The position numbers and the translations under genes are program-made. The notes under the pieces were generated by a model. That model searched no databases, had not been told where the DNA came from, and saw nothing but the letters and a program-made list of their open reading frames with translations. DNA of 64,000 nt from Pavona decussata (Eukaryota). The stretch covers positions 1,302,001 through 1,366,000 of the forward strand of contig CDRNST010000093.1 of NCBI GenBank assembly GCA_977016875.1, given 5' to 3'. The stretch's first letter is position 1. Each line of letters starts with the position of its first letter. Positions 1 to 15,000 of the stretch are shown piece by piece.

Positions 1-3000
1 AAGAGTACTTAATATAACTGTTGCCTTGAACAATTCTCTTAAGAATCTTTGGAGGCTGCTGGTGGAACAAGTTCAAGTGTAAATGAGTCTAAACAAGAAG
101 AGGATGAACCACTGGCCACCACTTCACAAAAACTGGATGATGAGCGTATTCTGGAGGCCCTTGAGGTCCATGAAAAACTTCAGTAAGGACAAGATTCTTA
201 ATTGATTCTCAGGATAACTGTAATTATTTTAATGGAAACACTCGGTTTACATGACTGTAGTAGCATTTTCCGGGAGAAGCTGCTTTTCAGCAGACGTTTT
301 TTGTCACTTGTTTCAAAACATCCTTGCTATGAAATTCAGGATTATTTTATTTAGCATTATCTTCACAGGGTACAGAGGAGTCAATTATTTGACGGTAATC
401 CCAGCTAAATTCGTTGGTGCAGATTGATCTTGTTGATTAAATAATATTGATACAGCCAAACAAAGTCTCATAAGTTTCTGTTATGCGTTTAGTGAAATTG
501 CTTCCACAAGACGAAAGCTAAGCAATGAGGAATCCAGTAATTTATTTTTGTCTTAAAATTCAATTTGTTACTTTCAAACTGTAGCTTACATGTACATTTA
601 AAATAAGCACTAGAAAAGCTCTTTGAGGAGAGACAATTCCTTGATGAAGTTTTAAACAGGATTAGTGTAATCAGCTTTTGAACAAAGAGCCCCTTTTAAA
701 AAAACCGTGTTCCTTTAATGGTTAACAGAAAGCTTCAAGATGTGAGAGATAGGCTGAAGCAGCTACGAGACTTGATTGGCCACTATCAGGTAATAAAATA
801 CCGCATGCATACGTGGAGCTTATGTATTCAAGTAAAAGTATATTGTCTGGTACAGTCAAATCCTGCCTTGTGAATTATAGTCCAGATGTAATTAAGAAAA
901 TCAATAAGTGAAATTCTGTGGAGCAAATTAGAATGTGTACAGATTTGAAAAGCAAAGCTTATATTCCTTCTCAATAGTGACTGTAAGTCAAGCCATTGTT
1001 TTTGCATCCAGGAGTACAAATTATATTACTTAACATCATTTTTTTTGCTCAATGTCTTTCTGATTTATATTGTTCAAATACATGAGATGTCAAGATAAGA
1101 CAAAAGTAAAGTGGGTTACTTTAAACTTGGTCATTGGCAATAGATGAAGAAGCCGAAAGAAAGGGTGCTTAGACAATATTTGCTTTGAAACATGGTGGAT
1201 TTAGTGAAATTGGTTTACTGTAAGACACGTGGTAATTTAATTATTTTAGTTTAGTTTATTTGATTAAGTTATCTTCTAACTTGTATTTGCACATTGTACA
1301 GCCTGCAGCAAATGAGGGGGATCACAGACCAGAGAATGTCCCACAACCCCACACTGCAACTCAACAGCTGAGTGCTCCTGTTCAAAGTACTGAGGATCCC
1401 GAACCAGAGGAACTGGAGGGTGCAGTAGGTGGAGCTACTGCTGTTAATGAACAAGATATGAGTAGTATTGAGTGGATGTTAAGTGCTGGTGTTGAAGATC
1501 CTGACTTGATGACGAAGATAAGGTACAATTAATTTTAGTGTAACATTGTGCCCTTATGATTTAACCCTATCAAAATGTTAGGCAGTGTGACAGGTTGTAG
1601 GCAGCTAGGGCAGGGTTTCCTTTCCTGCAAGGGGGTCCAGCTGTGAAGGTTCTGGAAGATACTAGAATTCATTAGGTAACACAGTAATGGTAGCCTCTGA
1701 CATTTTGGGAGGACTGATTTAACTTTGATGCTTGTTATTCCAATTTGTGATCTTCTTCCAATCATGAGTGTTTTTTTTTTCCCCGGAAATCATTTGTATT
1801 TGTAGCATTATAAAGCTAAAGCAATACTGGAGTTACATGTACATTGTGGAACGTGAGCTTTTTAGCCAAACACTACAGATGTATGTACATGTAACAAACG
1901 GGTTAGGCATTAAAACAACCAGGGAGGGAAATGACAACCTGAATCACAGACTAAAAAAAAAATGCATCATTTTTCAAAAAAAATGATGGACTGCAACTGA
2001 AAAGGCAGGAATGTGTATTGTCTCCAATGTGTGGTGTCCATTTCTCATCCAGTTTCCCTTATGGCTACACATATTTCGGAAAATGCATACTTTTGAAAGT
2101 TGCCAGAAAGATTATATCTAAAAGTTCTACCTACTTTGTACTTAATCCTCTTTACTCTCACACCATTTGGAGCATTAGGTCACAATAGTCTACTTAGGGT
2201 GACTTTAAATGTTAAAGGTACATTCAAGTTGCTGACCTTTTCTCCTTTCCAAAGACAACTTCAGGAAGCAAGAACAAGGGTAGCTCATCTTTTTAAGCAG
2301 ACAAATGAAAACGCACAGGTTTGTACAAGCAAGGTTTTTGACTATGCTGTCCATGTAAAGGCCTTAAACAGAGTGCATTCTTCAGTGTGTGGAACAGAGC
2401 ACCATGTCACATGCAAGTAGCTTTTCTGGGAATTGGCCAAAAACAGCTAACTTCTGCTCAATGTATGTTTGTTGGGACACCAGTACTGCAGTATTGAACC
2501 AAACTGTGGGCAATAGTTGGTTTCTTATGCCTATGAAGTGGAATTAGGGACACAGATTTTGACATTTGTTAGGCTTGTAAGGGGTCGGGGAACATCAAAT
2601 ACCCTAACTTAGTTGTAAATTTTACTGCTCACTTGTTACAATCAGGCACTTTTGACTAGCCATTCCCCTGTGGAGTTGTTCTTAGTTTTGCTATGTCTGA
2701 TATGTTTATTGTTGGAAAGCATGATTAAGAAGTTTTGTTCAATGATAACTTTAGTTTGCATATAGTTATTAAAGATGACAGGCCGAACCCAACTCCAGGT
2801 GGTCTCTAAATTTATGTTAGCCTTAAGAATAGAGCTCTCCGAAATACATTTCTGAGAAATTGTCACCTTCTGTTCCAAGCAAACATGATCAGACAGCTTG
2901 GTTAGATGGTGTTTTTATTGTAAAGGGAGACTCAAGTTTACTGAATGGAACATTTCACAGTTTTGGTTATGCTTTACATTGTTGGTGCTAAAATGTACAA

Positions 3001-6000
3001 TGTACCTTGGTTGTTTTTTGTTACTCCCATCCTAGAGATGCACGTATTTGAATCTGCAAGCAGTTTGATTATTGTCTTAAATTAGGATATGGCTTCTTTT
3101 GTCTGATGTCTTATGTTCTTTCTTTGGAGCAGGACTTAATGCCTATAACGTAGGAGTAACAGATTGATACTTTTCTTTGCAGTTGTCTCCATCAAGAGTA
3201 AACAATGAGGCTGTACAAACACAGACCACAGAAGAGGAGTCTGAGGCAGAGTCACAGACAGATACTGATGCAGAGAGTGCTGGCAGTTCAAGTGTCAATG
3301 CACTGGCTTGGCAGGATGATCCTGAATTTCAAGCCAAAGTTCGGTGAGTAAAATTTTATGTTTTGGTTTGTAAAACTGTGTTAATTGGGGGTCACATTTG
3401 GACAGCAGCACTTTTGAAACTTGCTGTATGTCCCTGTAGGAATTTTGCAAGTTATTGTTGTCGATGTAGTTGTTGATTTGTAACACTGACAACTAATCTG
3501 CAGGGCCTAGTTGTTGCAAGCCCAATTGCGACTTATCCTGGGTCAACTGTGAGCAAAACCTATAAGTTGTCATGGTCCAAGTAGATAACCTGGATTCATC
3601 ACTAATCATGCTTCAAACAACCTGGATGGGTTATTAAGCCATGGCTAAACCTTGTACCATTGTTTTATAACATGATTTGGTGCAGCAATGCCAGAAGGTT
3701 TGGCACCCCATTTTCAATGATGTTTGACCAACATTTTTTGTTGTATGAATGTTTGTGCAATGTTAAATGACGTTTAGGTGCATGTGCGACATTGTTATAT
3801 CAAAAACGTTGGACAACAATGTTTAAACATTGACCTGCAGCTTCAGGCTTGGAGGTTGTTTCTGTTGTAGAAGCAAAGATTTCTTTCATTTGCCTTAACA
3901 GTGTTATAGTGCAAATCCAAAATTGTCAAAAGAAGTCGAAATTGAATTATTTGCTGAAAGATATTCAACTTGCTGTACCTGTCTGTTTCTAGTTCCTGTG
4001 GTTTGTGGTCTCATTTGTTGGCTGGATACATATAAAAGTTAAATCAAAGTACGGTTTATTGATTTGCTGTAAAATTTGTACTAATAGTTTGAATTGTTTG
4101 GTTTTTCTAGGAAACTGAATTCTGCAAAACAGAAACTGAAACAACTACAGGAGCTTGTGAAGAAGATACAACAGGTATGCAAGTTTCATGGTGAAACTTT
4201 TAACTCTTCCGAATTGAAATAGTTCACCAATATCAACGTAGTATATATCCTGTGGAGATTTGTAGCAAAATGGGACTAGTACTTGTATTCCTGTCAGCAA
4301 GGCTGTGGGCAGTGTTACCTCGTCTGGTATAGAAGGAGGGTACAATGTACAGTGCAGTCATTAGCATCTGGCAACCCACTTTTATGGCAAGCAAATATAG
4401 TTAAGATAGCCAGCTGCTTAGAGCTTGAAAGTGACCAAGAGGCAACACGATTAACAGACTTTCTTTTGTTTCTGACCAGCTGCTTACATTGTACTGTGGA
4501 GCTTGCTTTTCCAAAGCTTCATGACAGCACTGACGCCTACACACACTTTTGTATACACTATCAGAGGGCGTATGGTAGCACAATGTTAAATGCATACATC
4601 CCTCCACTCTTCAGTAGATTTTTTGATGTCTTATTCATTATAACAATATTTCAACCCTTGATTAACCCAGTGCCTTGATTAACCCAGTGCTAGCAAGGAG
4701 AGATAATTACTCTCAAGAAGATGGTGTTTTTAGGTGTTGCCATTTGGTCTGTGAAATGCACCGGGAACTTTCTAAAGGCTTACATGCATGTAGTTCATCC
4801 ACACAGTGTTGTAATAGTAGAGATGTGTATCAGGATGGTAAAGATTGAAGTTATTGCATGACGTTTAGAAGTCACTGGCATAAAGAGGTTTCTTGGCTTA
4901 GCACCATGTCATCTTGATGGTTTTAACAATTAGACAGACTATATATAATTCTACATATCAAGAATTTTCCACTTGCGTATCATTTAGTTAAGCATTGCAC
5001 CAGTGTATATCTAGTTCCCACTTTGTGATCAGTTACCTCTAAATCATCTCAAGCACATTTTTCTCTCTCTCTTTGATTCTCCTACCTAAAGGGCGTTCAC
5101 ACTTTTATGCCAAATAATGCAGTCCTTAGAGAGTGCTGCAATCTCGTTCCAATGCAAACCCAGGCTAGATGACACAATTTAGTGAATTGAATTCAACAAA
5201 ATTGCGTAAGTGCATTGTGTTCAGAAAATAACAAGTAATGCTTTGGGATTTATTCTGTTTTTCTGTTTCTCAGTTTCCAGACTCATCTGTAGCTCTACCA
5301 GCCGAGTTGGCTGAGCTGAGCTTTGATGATGAAGACTTTGATGACCATGGTGATGATGGTGATGATGACAATGAAAGTGATGAGGAAGAGGAGGATGAGG
5401 AGGAAAGAAATGAAAGCAACAGGTCTGAGACCTCAGATGACAATGAAGGAGGTGATGTTCAAAATGAAGATGAGGAAGTTACGACGGCTACCGAAGATGA
5501 GGAAGCAGGTGGTGATACAGCTGCTTTGAACAGGAACAGAATGCTGGATCTTGAGGGTTGGTTTTTAGGTGAACTAATGTTATTCTATCTCATGAACATG
5601 CATGTTTGTGGTCATTGATTTGTTCGTCCACAACTCTTTCTTTTCTCTTTAATGGTCTTGCAGCTCTTGCACTCAAAGGTGAGTCGGCACTTTTCCAAGG
5701 CAAGTGAAGATTAATGCTAAGGGCAAAATTAGTTTTTTTCAGTGGACTTGTTTGGAGCCTAAAGTTCAAACATCAAGAGGCTAGGTCTGTGAAACATCAG
5801 ACACACCAGCCTGGTGTCAGACATTAGGTGACCATGATTACAGCATTTCTTTTGGGGTGAAACACAATGCTTTTTCCCACCAGGGAGTGACCAAGAAGCA
5901 GTTTACCAAAGATACCTACGCAAGCAGACTGCAGAGCTTGAGGAGCTGCAACAAGAGCGGCAAAGATTGCTGGAGGTACAACAGGAACTTGCAAGAATTA

Positions 6001-9000
6001 GTCAACTTCCTGAACCTCGTAATACAGTGGCAACACAGGTTAGTTGAAAAAGATCAAACTCAGTCAACTTTCAGGTTTTACTAGTGAAAAACTGTCACAG
6101 CTTAACAGTATCTTTTCGCCATGAACCAAATTTTGAAACAAGATGTCACATTTTAGGCATACTTTTCTGAAACTTTTAGGATACAAATACTCAGAGTTGT
6201 TGGTAATCATGTTCGTTGTGGTTGTCGTTTTTCTTTTGTTTGTATTTTTTTGTGGGGGAGGGGGAGGGGGAAAGTGTTTCTGAACTTCCTGCTTCCTCTA
6301 CAGTTATTCCTGGTTCCCACCCCTTTATTAATGGTATCTTCACTCCACTCTTGTTTCCTGTTGGAAAAAGTGGCCACCTGTTTTTCTATGATTTCTCTTT
6401 ATCTCTGCTTTCCCACAACTGCAATTTTTAATCTTTGTTCTTGTCTTCTATTCCTCTAAGTAGTACCCCTGTAGTTCTTGCGATCGCACCCCCTGTCCTC
6501 CTGTACATTTTTGAAACCCAACTTGTGACTACCTTGTTAACACGACCACCTCATTATTTCAACTGCCCGAACAAAAGCTCAGTGATTTTCTTTTTGGTTT
6601 TAGACCGCACAAGCACAGCCTCAAAAGCCAGAATCAGCAGGATCATTATTCAGGAATGATACTTTCACAGTGGGGAGACCCAATGGGTCAAAGCGACCAG
6701 TCATCGCTCCTCCTGTCAACAGAGAAATCTCAACTCAAACACCATTTTATGGGACTGATCTAAGAGCTGCAAGATCTGTGGACTCCAGTGAACCTCCAAG
6801 AGGTGCTTATTATTAATTTTGTACTAGTTCATTTGTAACAGAAATAAAATTGGTATTCACAATGAATGGATTTCTATGTGAACTGAAATCATCATGGTTG
6901 TTATTTCAGCTCGTCCCAGCGCATTGGTGTGGTCGGAACTGAGACGCCAAAGAGAGCTGCATGAAGAGAAGTTGAAGAAACGAAAACAAAAGTTTTTAGA
7001 GAAAAGAAAGAAGGCTGGTCTGGATGATTTGTCAGAGGGAGGTACCTACTCAATCAGGAGTGGGAGAAGTGGGGACTTAGATGAAGGGTTTGGCGTGAGT
7101 ATGATGAGTGCTGACATCACAACAGCTACTTGGGGAGGCTCCACTCAGCCCAGCAGTACACAGAATGATTCAGCAGTGTCAGCTGATGAGTCGGATGAGG
7201 AGAATCATGGAGCAGAGGTACAGAGACAGTTCAGAAAGACTCTAATCTAATAATTATTAGACATTGCAGATATACAGCACTGTACAAAAGGCTCTTTGCA
7301 GCTAATGGTCACATGGTACAGGATCTGCCATGATGAAGATCAATTTGCACACTGGGGAATCCAAAACAAAGCGACTTTATCCAGTCAAACTTGAATTTTC
7401 TTTGTTTTGGAAGTCTCAGTGCATGGCTTACTCTCCAGCATGGTGGATTTTGTACCATGTGAATGTTAGCTGCAAAGGGCCCATTAAGAGTAAAGTTAAG
7501 TGAGAACGTACATGTTCTGTGGCATCATTTTCAAGCATTGATTTTTTTCCGTGCAAAAAAAATAGCTCCTTGTAAGTACATCCCATTAGTAAAAGTTGTG
7601 CCTTTGTTCTCACATTTGTTTGCTTTCTTAAGTTATATTTTTATATATACAGTACATAATTGTGTTAGCTTAACAAGAGCAATGGTAGTCACTACCCAAA
7701 AGTTAGGATACTTAAAGGCTACTAAAACTTTAAATAACAAAGCCTTATTACTTTCAATCTTAAATTTTACAAGTTGTTGTGAAAAGTCCTTGGATCCAGT
7801 CAGATTCCCTGAAAAGCACTTTGAGCGAGTTGTTTTAACCTTTAAACAGGAACCCTTGTAGGAGGAACGACTAGCTGTAAAGTTAGATGCTATGCAATTT
7901 CAGCGAAGCTTTGCAACAGTAATTGCCCAATCTAGTTAAGTAATTCCCATAGCTGAAGTATCCAATTCTTTTATATTACTGGCCTCTTTATTTACGCAGA
8001 CTCACAGCAAGTACAAATGGTTGAAAAATGAATTTTGTCCTTGGCTTTTATAGAAATGCTGAAAACTGTGCAAATATTGAAAGTTTTAAATTACTTCTTT
8101 TATGTCTGTGCAGATTGCAGTAGAGGTAGAAGATGATTATCCTGATGGAATAGTACAAGCTGAAGAGGAGGAGGAAGAGCGTCTAGAGCCAGAAGCTTTT
8201 ACTGGTGGAGCTCAGGCAGTGTTCAGAAGCAGGCAACGAGTGCCCCGAATGTCTGCCTTCAGAGGGAGTGTAGACAGTGCCTCGCAACCTAGCAGTGGCA
8301 AGAAACGCAAGCTTGATGGTACAACTTCGCCAGGTAATATAATAACTAGCAAGTTTGGGTTGTGATCCCAGCCAGGACTTGCTGTTTTTGTAGTGACTGC
8401 TTCTCATTAACATGTCACTGATTTGGGAAAACTGGTTAATTGAATGTTTAGAGGCAAGCATATATACTCCACTGACCAGAAAAAGTGTCTGTATTAACCA
8501 GGTGTCTGAGTCTCCATTGAAGGGAGAATGCATGAGTAGGTATAAAGATTGTTTGTAATAACTGTGTCATTAAAAAGGTTTTGGCCACATTACAAAGCTT
8601 CACAGCCATAACACTCTTGTTGCTTTGTGAGTAAAATGAATCTACAATAGTCAAGATCACCCGTAACAAATTCACAATAATTTATTATTTATTGTGCGCA
8701 AAAAACATGTAAAATATAATCTATTGCACACTACAAGTATGATAAATAGTAACATATACACACAAAAATAATAGATGAGGTTAAAACTTACTGTAAATAT
8801 AGTAAAGTAACAAGTGGAAATCAGCGCTAAAGTGAAACTAGTTAAAATTTACTATAATTATACAAGAAGAACTTTAAATTATCGTGAATTGTCTACAAAA
8901 AAAATTTACTCCAAATGGCGCTTAAACTCACGAAGGTTGTCAAACTCGTGGAGGCTAAGCGGAAGAGAGTTCCAGAATTTGGGGGCAGCGACTGCAAATG

Positions 9001-12000
9001 GATATACCTTTCAAGGGTATTCAGCCGTAACAGGTGCTATGGGTTACGGCCCTTGATTACAGCTCTGATAACTGTGTATCAGTATTAAATGGGTGTCTGT
9101 AAAGTAGAATTAAAGTTGTCACTGTGGTGTATGACAGCCTGTGTTTAATTTTTTTCTGCTCTTTTTACAGGCGGAGCCAGAAAAAGGGATAGAGAAAGGG
9201 GACTAACATTTGAAGACTGGCCCAGAACATTTTACTTTGACAGAAATACTAGAGGAAGAATCAGACAAGAGGTAGATGTATGTTGCTTTTTATGAACCGA
9301 GAGATCAGTCAGTTCCTAGTTAAACACTAAAAATAACAGGGCATAAAATTCGCAGAGTATTTTACTTGTAATGTTCAAAAACTTTGCTTGCATTTCCATA
9401 GTTGTTTATATCTTTCCTTGCTTTTGTATAAATATGCATGGTGTAAACAACAGGAGTGCTAAGCCCTGTTATTTCAGCGTGGCCAGTTTTGGCTAGAAAG
9501 TCCTTTTGGTGTTTTAATACTGGGTCGAGGCGCATTGAACAGATGTGGTCATCTCTTGTCAACTAACAGATCTTTTCAAATAGAACATTTCTACAGACAC
9601 TGGTGGGTTTTCATTGCATAGATAAAGAACTCCAGTGTAATTATTAGTTTCCTCTTATCATCCTTGTGACAGTTTTGTCCTGTATCTACGTACATGTATG
9701 TGTGTTTATGTTACATAAAATAATGTAAATTAGTTTTTCTTTCGTTCTCTTTTTCTTTTTGTTAAGTCTCTCTCACAAAAGCAAACATTTAACCATCTTC
9801 GTATGGACTAAGCATTAGTTAAACTATTTTTTGACGTTTCTCCGTTACATTACACATCTTCATTCTCTTTTTTGTCAATAATAATTACCGTTCTAATGTA
9901 TTATTTGGAGATAAGTAAGAGTGATGCTATTGTTCTCCTGAACTCCAGAACAAGAGACCATTTAATTTGAATCAGCTGGATTTGTTCATAAGAAATTCCG
10001 TTGCATTGTTTACTTCTTCACAGAACTTCACTCCTGCTGAGCAGCTCATCAAGGAACGTGAACAGGAACAGTTTAGCCTGGAGCGTCAAGCGTGGGAGCA
10101 GCATTGCGAGCGTCTGCACCAGGAAGTGTCTAGCCTCACCACCCTGTGTAATGGACTTCTGAGGGACCAACAGATGTTAGTCTCCACTGTGATTGGCAGA
10201 AATGTTCCCAGTGGTCCTTCTCCAAGTGGGTTTCCTAACATCCCTGGCACCATGCCTGGTCTTGGTAAGCCATACTTTTATACACGATGGATTTTAAAGC
10301 AATAGCTTGTGCCTTGTGGGGTAGTGTTACAACTTAAAAAACTAAAGTAGTGCTAATGGTATAAATTAACTTCTAATAATAAAAGATTAGGGATCTCGAT
10401 CCCAGGCTCTCTCTTCTTTGCCAAGCTGGTGATGATGTCATCTGCCCCTGCAAAATCTGCGGGAGGTGCCAGATACGCGTCCCAAGATCCATTCATTCAA
10501 TCAACGTTGTTCCATACAATCTCGACTCCAATCTGTATTAGGAGTGCGTTTTATCTATGTCGAATGCAATAACACTAATACTAATAGTGCGCTGAGTTTA
10601 TCGAGTATAGTAGGCAATAAAAATGTCATCCTTGTTTCCAGTTGTTTGAGGGGATTCAAGGTTAAAGTCAAGGTTTTTCATTTTGTGCGTTCCTTTTTCA
10701 CACTGCCCTGTGCTGTTAACATTCTGATGATATATGGTGTTAAAGCTAACTAAGTGATTTACATTGTGAGGTTGTGATGATGTAGTGATTAAGCATTGCT
10801 GGATTGCTGGAACCCATTACCCATCAGGCTAAACCGATGGCTTACATTGCCATAGTTACGGCCCAAGTTTCAGATTGCACATACGTTCGCTCCGTGTCAC
10901 AGTGCATATTACAATGGCACATACACTCCACCCTTCCAACAACCAAGTTAAAGAGACTAGAACAAAAATTACTCAGCACAGGTCTGTTTGCATTTCTTTT
11001 AAAAGCGAACAGCGCTCATGCGAATACCAGTCAAGAAGTTACCCGCATATGCAAAAGGTAGAGGAAGAGTACGTGAGTTTTGTTCACGTGAATATTTTCA
11101 TTACAGTATCAGCGTAAAATGCTTTTTGCTCTTTTTTTTATTGCCCATGTTCATTGTAGGTGGCAACCCGTTTGAGCAGTATCAGCAGCGGCAGCAGGAA
11201 GCCTACCAAGGACTCCAAAGCTTCTTTGATCAACAGCGCTACATGCAGCAGCAGTATCAGATACTGCAAAGCCTCAATCAGTGCTATTCACAGCTTCAGC
11301 AGCAACATCACGACATGGCCGTCCTGCAGCAGCAGTTCCATCAACTGTTCTCATATAGCCCTTCTCCTGCAGTCAATCAAACTAATGCCTCACCAAACCG
11401 GCCTCAAACTGCATCTCCTAACATAACTAACAATGCTTCTCCATTGTTTATGAATCTGCCACCCAGTAGCTCTGCTCATCCTCCATTCTCAGCGCCACAA
11501 ACAAGCCAGGCTCCTTTCACGTTTGGTTTTCAACCACCTTCGTCTGCACCTGTGTTCAGAACTGCTTGGCATCCATCATACGAAGCATCACCAGCAAATG
11601 AACCAAGAGAGAACGCTCAAGCATCTGAGAGCAGAGTAACTCCAACACAGGAATCCTTCAGTGTAAACCCCGACACAGGTGTCCCAAGTCCAAGGGCAAC
11701 TGCTCAACGTGGGCACCCTGTTGAGCCTGCCCCTCCCCCCACCTCCTCAGGAATGGCGAACTCAGTAAAAGTTGTTCGGGAAGTGGGTTTGTCTCCTGGT
11801 AATGTTCGACAGGAACGGAAATACGACCCCAACTCCTACAGAGGTAGGTGTTGCAGTCTTTCTACTCAGATTCATAACCCAGCTACTTAGCTCAGTAGAG
11901 GATGATGGCAGATGCAGTTTGTTATATAGTTTTCTTCCAGGTTGAATAACTTCTATCTTAGTTTGATCCATCAGGCTAGGGTTGCAGTCTATAAAATAAA

Positions 12001-15000
12001 TTGTTATTCCACTATTATGTCATTTCACCACATAAGGTCAAGAGAACGCACAAAATATGAGACCGTAATACACTGTAGTGTCCCGGTTTGACCGGTTTAC
12101 AACAGAGGGAATACGGACAAAGACATTTCACTGGCTTTCTGTGTTGTTTGCCGTCAGTTTACGTCATTCGCACGCGCCGATACTGTTGGACAGATAATGC
12201 CGGTTGTATTTCAACACTCTTACCAGAAAAGAGAAGTTAAAATAACAAAAACCTTTTGTAGTGGAATGATGGATCTCTTATTCGATGGTTTTTCATATAA
12301 CATTTTGCTCATTGCTCGTATTTTTCCTCGCCCCTTCGGGACTCGCGCAACTCGCAAAATATCCGCGCCTATTATATGTAAAACCATTGTTTTCCAGAAC
12401 TAACAACTACAAGTGCAGTAGCCTCAAAAACGGAGAGCGGCACAGATGTGATTGGTCGGACATTCAACACGCCCCTGAGGGCCTCTGCAGTAGCAAACCT
12501 TGCGCAAAAGGACAAATCAACTCAGAAGAGTGCAGGGTTTAACTTAGCACACAAGTTTGTTGCTGAATCAGTAGAGACATCTTCAAGAGCCTCCAGTGTA
12601 CCAGGAGACGCTCAGGATGTGGCTAGAGGGTGAGTCTCTTTTTGCTTTGTTATTTCTGGGAAAATGGGTGAATGGCAAAGCAGAGACCTCAAGTAATGAG
12701 AACGTTTGTCGAGGATGACCCAGTCGGCAATTAGAAGTCTGGGAGGCAATGAAAATGCTTGTTTCTGGGGACTGAAGGTTTGGTTTGTTTGTTTGTTTGT
12801 TTGTTTGTTTTTTTTTGTGGGGGGGGGGGGGGGGGATCATGTTATTTTGGTCTGGCCTTTGACACTAGTCCGCTCTTAATAGTTTGTTTTGTAGAAAATT
12901 GCTTCAATAAGTCTGCACAAAACTCTTTGAGGACTGAGTTTCTTTTTTAATCCGATAACTGAAATTAACTTCTTTTGTCATTGATATTGCTGAAATAAAT
13001 TAATTCTTGTACTTGTTGGTTTTTTCTAGCTCTTGGCAAGACGCCGACAGGTAGGTGTTCGTTTTGTAATTGTGAAATGTGTAGAGATTACAATCTGATG
13101 TTTCTAATCGATGCCCACGTTTTTCCTTGACTCGGAAATTCATGTTACAGTGCAACTAAACCCCTTTTTTCTTTCGCTTAATGAAAACTCCTCGTTGCCT
13201 TGATCACTTGTGCGAAAAATTTTGTTCGTAGCATTTCTCCTTGAATTTTTATGGCCCGTGAAATTTTCAGTGAACCAAAGAACCGCGAATATTTGAAACT
13301 TTCGCGGGCCATAAAAATTCAAAGAAAATTGCTTCGAACGATATCTTTTCGCAGAAGTAATCAGGACAATTAGGAGTTTACATTTAGCGAAAGTTGGAGT
13401 TGCACTTAAAAGCATTGGCCTTTCATAAGAGAAATCGTTTTCGTGCTTTTAAAAGCTCTTTCTAATAACACGGACCTTTTTCAAGCTAAAATCCATTTTC
13501 CAACCCTTAGTCCGAACTTTGCTTGCTTTTCGTTAGCGTCGCTAATAATTCCCTTTTCCTACATTTACAGGGCCTCAGAAGCCGGAAGTGAATTTTCACT
13601 TTTTGAAGCACTTAGAGACTCGATATATTCGGAGGTTGCAACCCTCATTTCTTTGAACGAGTCCCGGCCTCATTTTCTGGTAGGAAACTGTTATTGGTAT
13701 TGTGTAATTATTTCCTTGATTTCAGATTATTTTCTGGCATCGCATTTTTTTTTCTGTGAGTAGCAAGGCGAAACAGAAAGAAACTTCGCCTGCTTCCAAT
13801 ATTTAAAGAAACAGGCAAAAAAGCTCATTTTTTAATTTTTTCCCTATAGAATCAACTTTCTGAAAACAAGTAATTACAACAACGAAACTGTACCCTTTTA
13901 ACATAGCGAACGTAAATCGTAAGATATAACGGGATGAGAGGAAGTGCTTGAGAGCAGCTGCAGTGTAAAGTCCGTTTTGCCCGCAAAACAGAACGAAGTA
14001 TTTTTTCAAATTCAGAAAAAAACTAAGAGTCCACTTTTTCGAACTGTCTCAGCGAGAAAAATGCGCCTTACGCCATACGCTGGACGCCCCACAATGCATT
14101 GCAATTCAAGATGGCCGCCAGTTTGCCAAAAAGGTCCGTTGAAACGTCTAGCAAATGCTTCTTTTCTTAAAATAAGTGAATGGTTTGAACAGTCACTTTA
14201 TGCACATGTGGCTCTTTTTCGCAGCTCGAGTTGTTCAGAGAACTGCAGCTGTTGACTTCAGACTACTTGAGGCAGCGTGCTTTATACGCCTTGCAAGACC
14301 TGGTGACAAGATTTTTAACTGAAGATTCAGTAGGAACAGAAGGGGGAGCTCTACAGCAGGCAGTAAGCAAAATTGAAAAAGACTGATTTTCAAATTGAGT
14401 ATTGTATTGGAAATTCCTTGTTGTGAAACCTGTAATTAATCATTTTGTGATTTTGTGTAAAAAAAGTTTCCATGAATTCCATCCCTACGACGATTTTGTT
14501 TGTTTGTTTATTGCGTTTTTCAGTCTGAGTGTTCATTCCACTCTTAGAAATCTTTGAACGTCTTTGAATTTTGTTCTGATGTTTCCTAGCACTGGAAAAT
14601 CTGGCGAAATTAAGTGTTATGGAGGAGAACGTTAATTGATTTGTTTATTTCCTTTGCCTTAGCGATTCCAGGAGTGGTTGGGTTCGAATTCAGAATTAAC
14701 TCCAAGTGAAACGGTGGAGACATTTGAAGATGACGAGTCAGAGGTGGGCAGTTTATCATGTCACACTGGAGCTTTTCCCCCAGTACCGTTTCCACGTGCT
14801 ATCGTATATTTTCTCTATCATGACATGAAAGTAAAGGAAAGTGTTCTTGGAAATCTCTTGGACTCATTAGAAGATTTGCCAAAAAAAAGAGAAACAGCTG
14901 TTAATCGTGTGTTCTTACGATGACAGCACAGTGCAGGAAAATATTTGTTCTCGGAAAACTCTTGGACTTGCTAAAAAAAAAAAACAAGGGGGGAGTTGTT

